Shown piece after piece: positions 61,378 through 64,000 of a DNA stretch of 64,000 nucleotides (positions are counted from its first letter, which is position 1; every line of letters starts with the position of its first letter). The notes beneath the pieces are model-generated. The model did not search any database. It was not told the origin of the DNA and was given only the letters and a program-made list of their open reading frames with translations. The stretch is taken from the NCBI GenBank assembly GCA_001949185.1, contig BDGG01000003.1, positions 376,679 through 440,678 of the forward strand. Direction: 5' to 3'. The position numbers were made by a program, and so were the translations under genes. This DNA is from Ramazzottius varieornatus (Eukaryota; Animalia; Tardigrada).

Positions 61378-64000
61378 AAAGAAGAGACTCCGCTGAAAAG
61401 AATGGAGGGAAATAGTACAATACGAGAATTGCCTTTCTTTAACTCTCTTCTGTGTGGTTAAATTTCACTTTATCACCCGGTTCATTCGAGTATCTTTCGT
61501 TGGCAAGACTGGTGGGCAGTTCATCAGGTGAGAAGATTATTGTATTGGTTTTACAATGTAACCGCGATGACGTCAGAGAACCAAACGCTACAAGTGGAGA
61601 AAGTCTTTAGTTTGTACTCTTTTCATGGTTCTTTAGTTGTCTGCGAGCCAAAGGTGCTTTTCCTTTCTTTTAACTTTGGATATTTGAGAGTGACTTTGAC
61701 CATACGGGGGAAAGACACCGGGACTGAAGAAAGATACTTGCCGGACAAAGACTCTGTTTCTAGTACTACCATATTCAAACTTGACTGCCTCTTCTCCTCA
61801 ATGATCATCAGGTCCGCTGCTTATAAACTGGTGGCCCTTTCTTTTCTCTTACCTTGACTGTACATTCGACTTTGACGACAATGACGATACCCCTTTGTAA
61901 GCACCCTTCCTGTTTTTTATGATACTTGTCAAGTGTTGCTTTACATTTTTCTTCCAACGTTTTGTGTTTGACATTTTTTTTAGCTTCAAGTGCTTACTCT
62001 GGAACATCGGATAATATAACCCACCATGTGCTTACTAGAGACATTTAGCTTTATCGATTCTAGAAGTAATTTGAAATTCGGATTATTCCTGTGTCTGTCT
62101 GTGAGACAGAAAAGCAGAGGATGCGAATGTTTCCTTGCAGTGTTGCCATCTGTGAGCACGGTTCGGCTGATTTCTTGACGGATTCTAGAGCAACATTCTC
62201 GTGGCCAGATGGTTCCAACCAGAGAGCCAACATCGCCCTGGATGGGCGAACTCAGTAACATCGAGAACACAAGCTTCACTAGCCGAGGTGTCGTCGTCGA
62301 ATAATGGCCGACCTCGGAAGAAACCCGCCAAGAGCGGAAAGTTAGCAATCCTGTCAGTGCAATGCGGTAGAATTAATTCCGGTGGACGGGCATACGCCTA
62401 ATTTGCCCCCGACATAGGTACCAAGTTGCAGACAACGGCCACCAGCGGCAACCGGTAGCTGGAGCATGAGTCTCACTTTACTGTGGTCGATATCATGCTC
62501 TAAGGAAATTCGTCCAAACTGCCGTGCAAGAGCAAGGATCCCCAAGTTCCCTTCTGGGGTTCTTGCCGTTGACCGCTTTGTGCAACCTTAGTACAGTACT
62601 TTTGTCGTGGGGAATATAGATTCGTCCTCTCAGAGCGCCGGCTGCGGAACAGGAGACGGTCGATTTGCACGTTTCCGGAAAGAGCTCTGTCGCTCCTGTA
62701 GAGACGAGAGAGGCATGAGGTCTTGTCCAACACTTACTGTTCCTCGAGCCTCCATGGAGCAACGGAAACATGTACTAAAGGAGAAGGTATACAAATGGTC
62801 AGAAACACGAAGAGTGCACCGTGATCTGCCGTCAGTGCACTGTAAGCGAATCGCGGGCAAAAGAACCTTCCGGTTTAGTCGCTATCTACGAAACCGCCCG
62901 AAACCGCAAGAGATCATATGATATCTCCCAGAAGAGGATAGTTTGACGCAACCTTTGGATAAAAGTTCAACATGGTCATCCAGGGAAAGACCGCGAGCGA
63001 GCCCCAGAGAGCCGATGCCATCATTGCTCTGACTAGGTTTTCTTTTATGATGTCCAGTCCTTGCACGAATGTTTGTTTTTTTAGCGGAGGGACAACGGGA
63101 TTTTTCTATGTATGCCCCCTTTTCAGAAAGTACACTGAGACTATCGGTATCGAAAGAGCACATATTATGATGATAAGGACAACTAACTACATCAATATCC
63201 AAAACTGTCCGGTAGCGGAAGTGACAGGTGGTAAATAATAACCCGCTCGAGCTTCCTCGAAGTACGATCCAATGCCAGATACTGTAAACGAAGTCACACT
63301 GATCCCGTTTAGCCACTAGAAGCAACAAAGCAACCCGCTGGCATTGATGCAACGAATATCTACCTGTGCGGGTAGCAAACAGCAGCCAGCCGATTTAGTC
63401 CGAAGATTACCTCTGACCACCGAGTCACTACTCAGAACAGGAAATACATAGGCACACGAGGTGCACGATCTGCACAGGTTGAAGTATGCGACGACAACGT
63501 TGCGCGCTGGACCCACTGTCATTGTCCGGAAAGCTGACGCTGCAATGTTCATGATCACTAACCAAGTCCCAAGGCGGATGGTGCTACCTAGTCGAATGAT
63601 CACGAATGCATGAGTTTCTGCCATACCGACCACGATAACCAAAGATCGAACAGCCAAGTTCATGATGTCGCCCTTTGCATGAGCGAGTGTTGATAACGCA
63701 CCACCGGTTGCAGATTTAGAAACGAGACTGCTGACGTCATGATACGCGAGTAACAGCACTCTATGATGCCGTCAACGATCGCATTCTCACACGTGTGCGC
63801 GTATGACCCACAGGGGAGGTGCGACACAGTTCAAACCGATATGCACATTCTCGCCGGAGTTCCAAAGTTCTACACAAAGCGCGAAGTGAAAAGCAGTGTT
63901 GTTCCAATACGAAAGCGGAACTAAGGTCGGTTTCACAACAGGGAGGGGAGCACTCTTGTACAGAGAAATTTCTGAGCCGTTGATTAGTGAATTGAAGAAA

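Noticed and set aside
61900-64000. ORFs at the window end
   Set aside because: No recognisable domain or coherent exon chain.

Overview
Eukaryotic, intron-containing genomic DNA. Short GT-AG introns, compact gene spacing and an ecdysone-receptor-like gene point to an ecdysozoan invertebrate; a tardigrade such as Ramazzottius is my guess and is not proven from the sequence. Host genes, left to right: a small two-exon putative mitochondrial protein (-), a full-length ABCA transporter (+), a glycine N-acyltransferase-like GNAT (-), a pseudogenised chitin-binding CBM14 gene (+), a coiled-coil protein (-), NDUFAF2 (-) head-to-head with a lipoyl-less PDHX/E3BP (+), PIH1D1 (-) head-to-head with a divergent PLK4 (+), a MATH/BTB pseudogene (-) and an EcR-like nuclear receptor (+). 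DNA transposons are dense, and many ends and target-site duplications (TSDs) can be read directly: a hAT element whose intact transposase ORF starts inside its left terminal inverted repeat (TIR), two Sola elements with 4-bp TSDs (one intronic and carrying a passenger gene), two pogo-like elements (one nested in a MITE) and about a dozen MITEs or foldbacks. The most notable observations are (1) a PLK4 with Glu at the T-loop phospho-Thr position and apparently no Polo box 3, (2) an EcR-like receptor with an altered P-box flanked by repeated GCAGTGACGTCA motifs, (3) a Pack-type Sola element, and (4) the promoterless hAT element. Assembly gaps lie at 3515-3564 and 44367-44746. All gene models were spliced by eye and no database searches were run.
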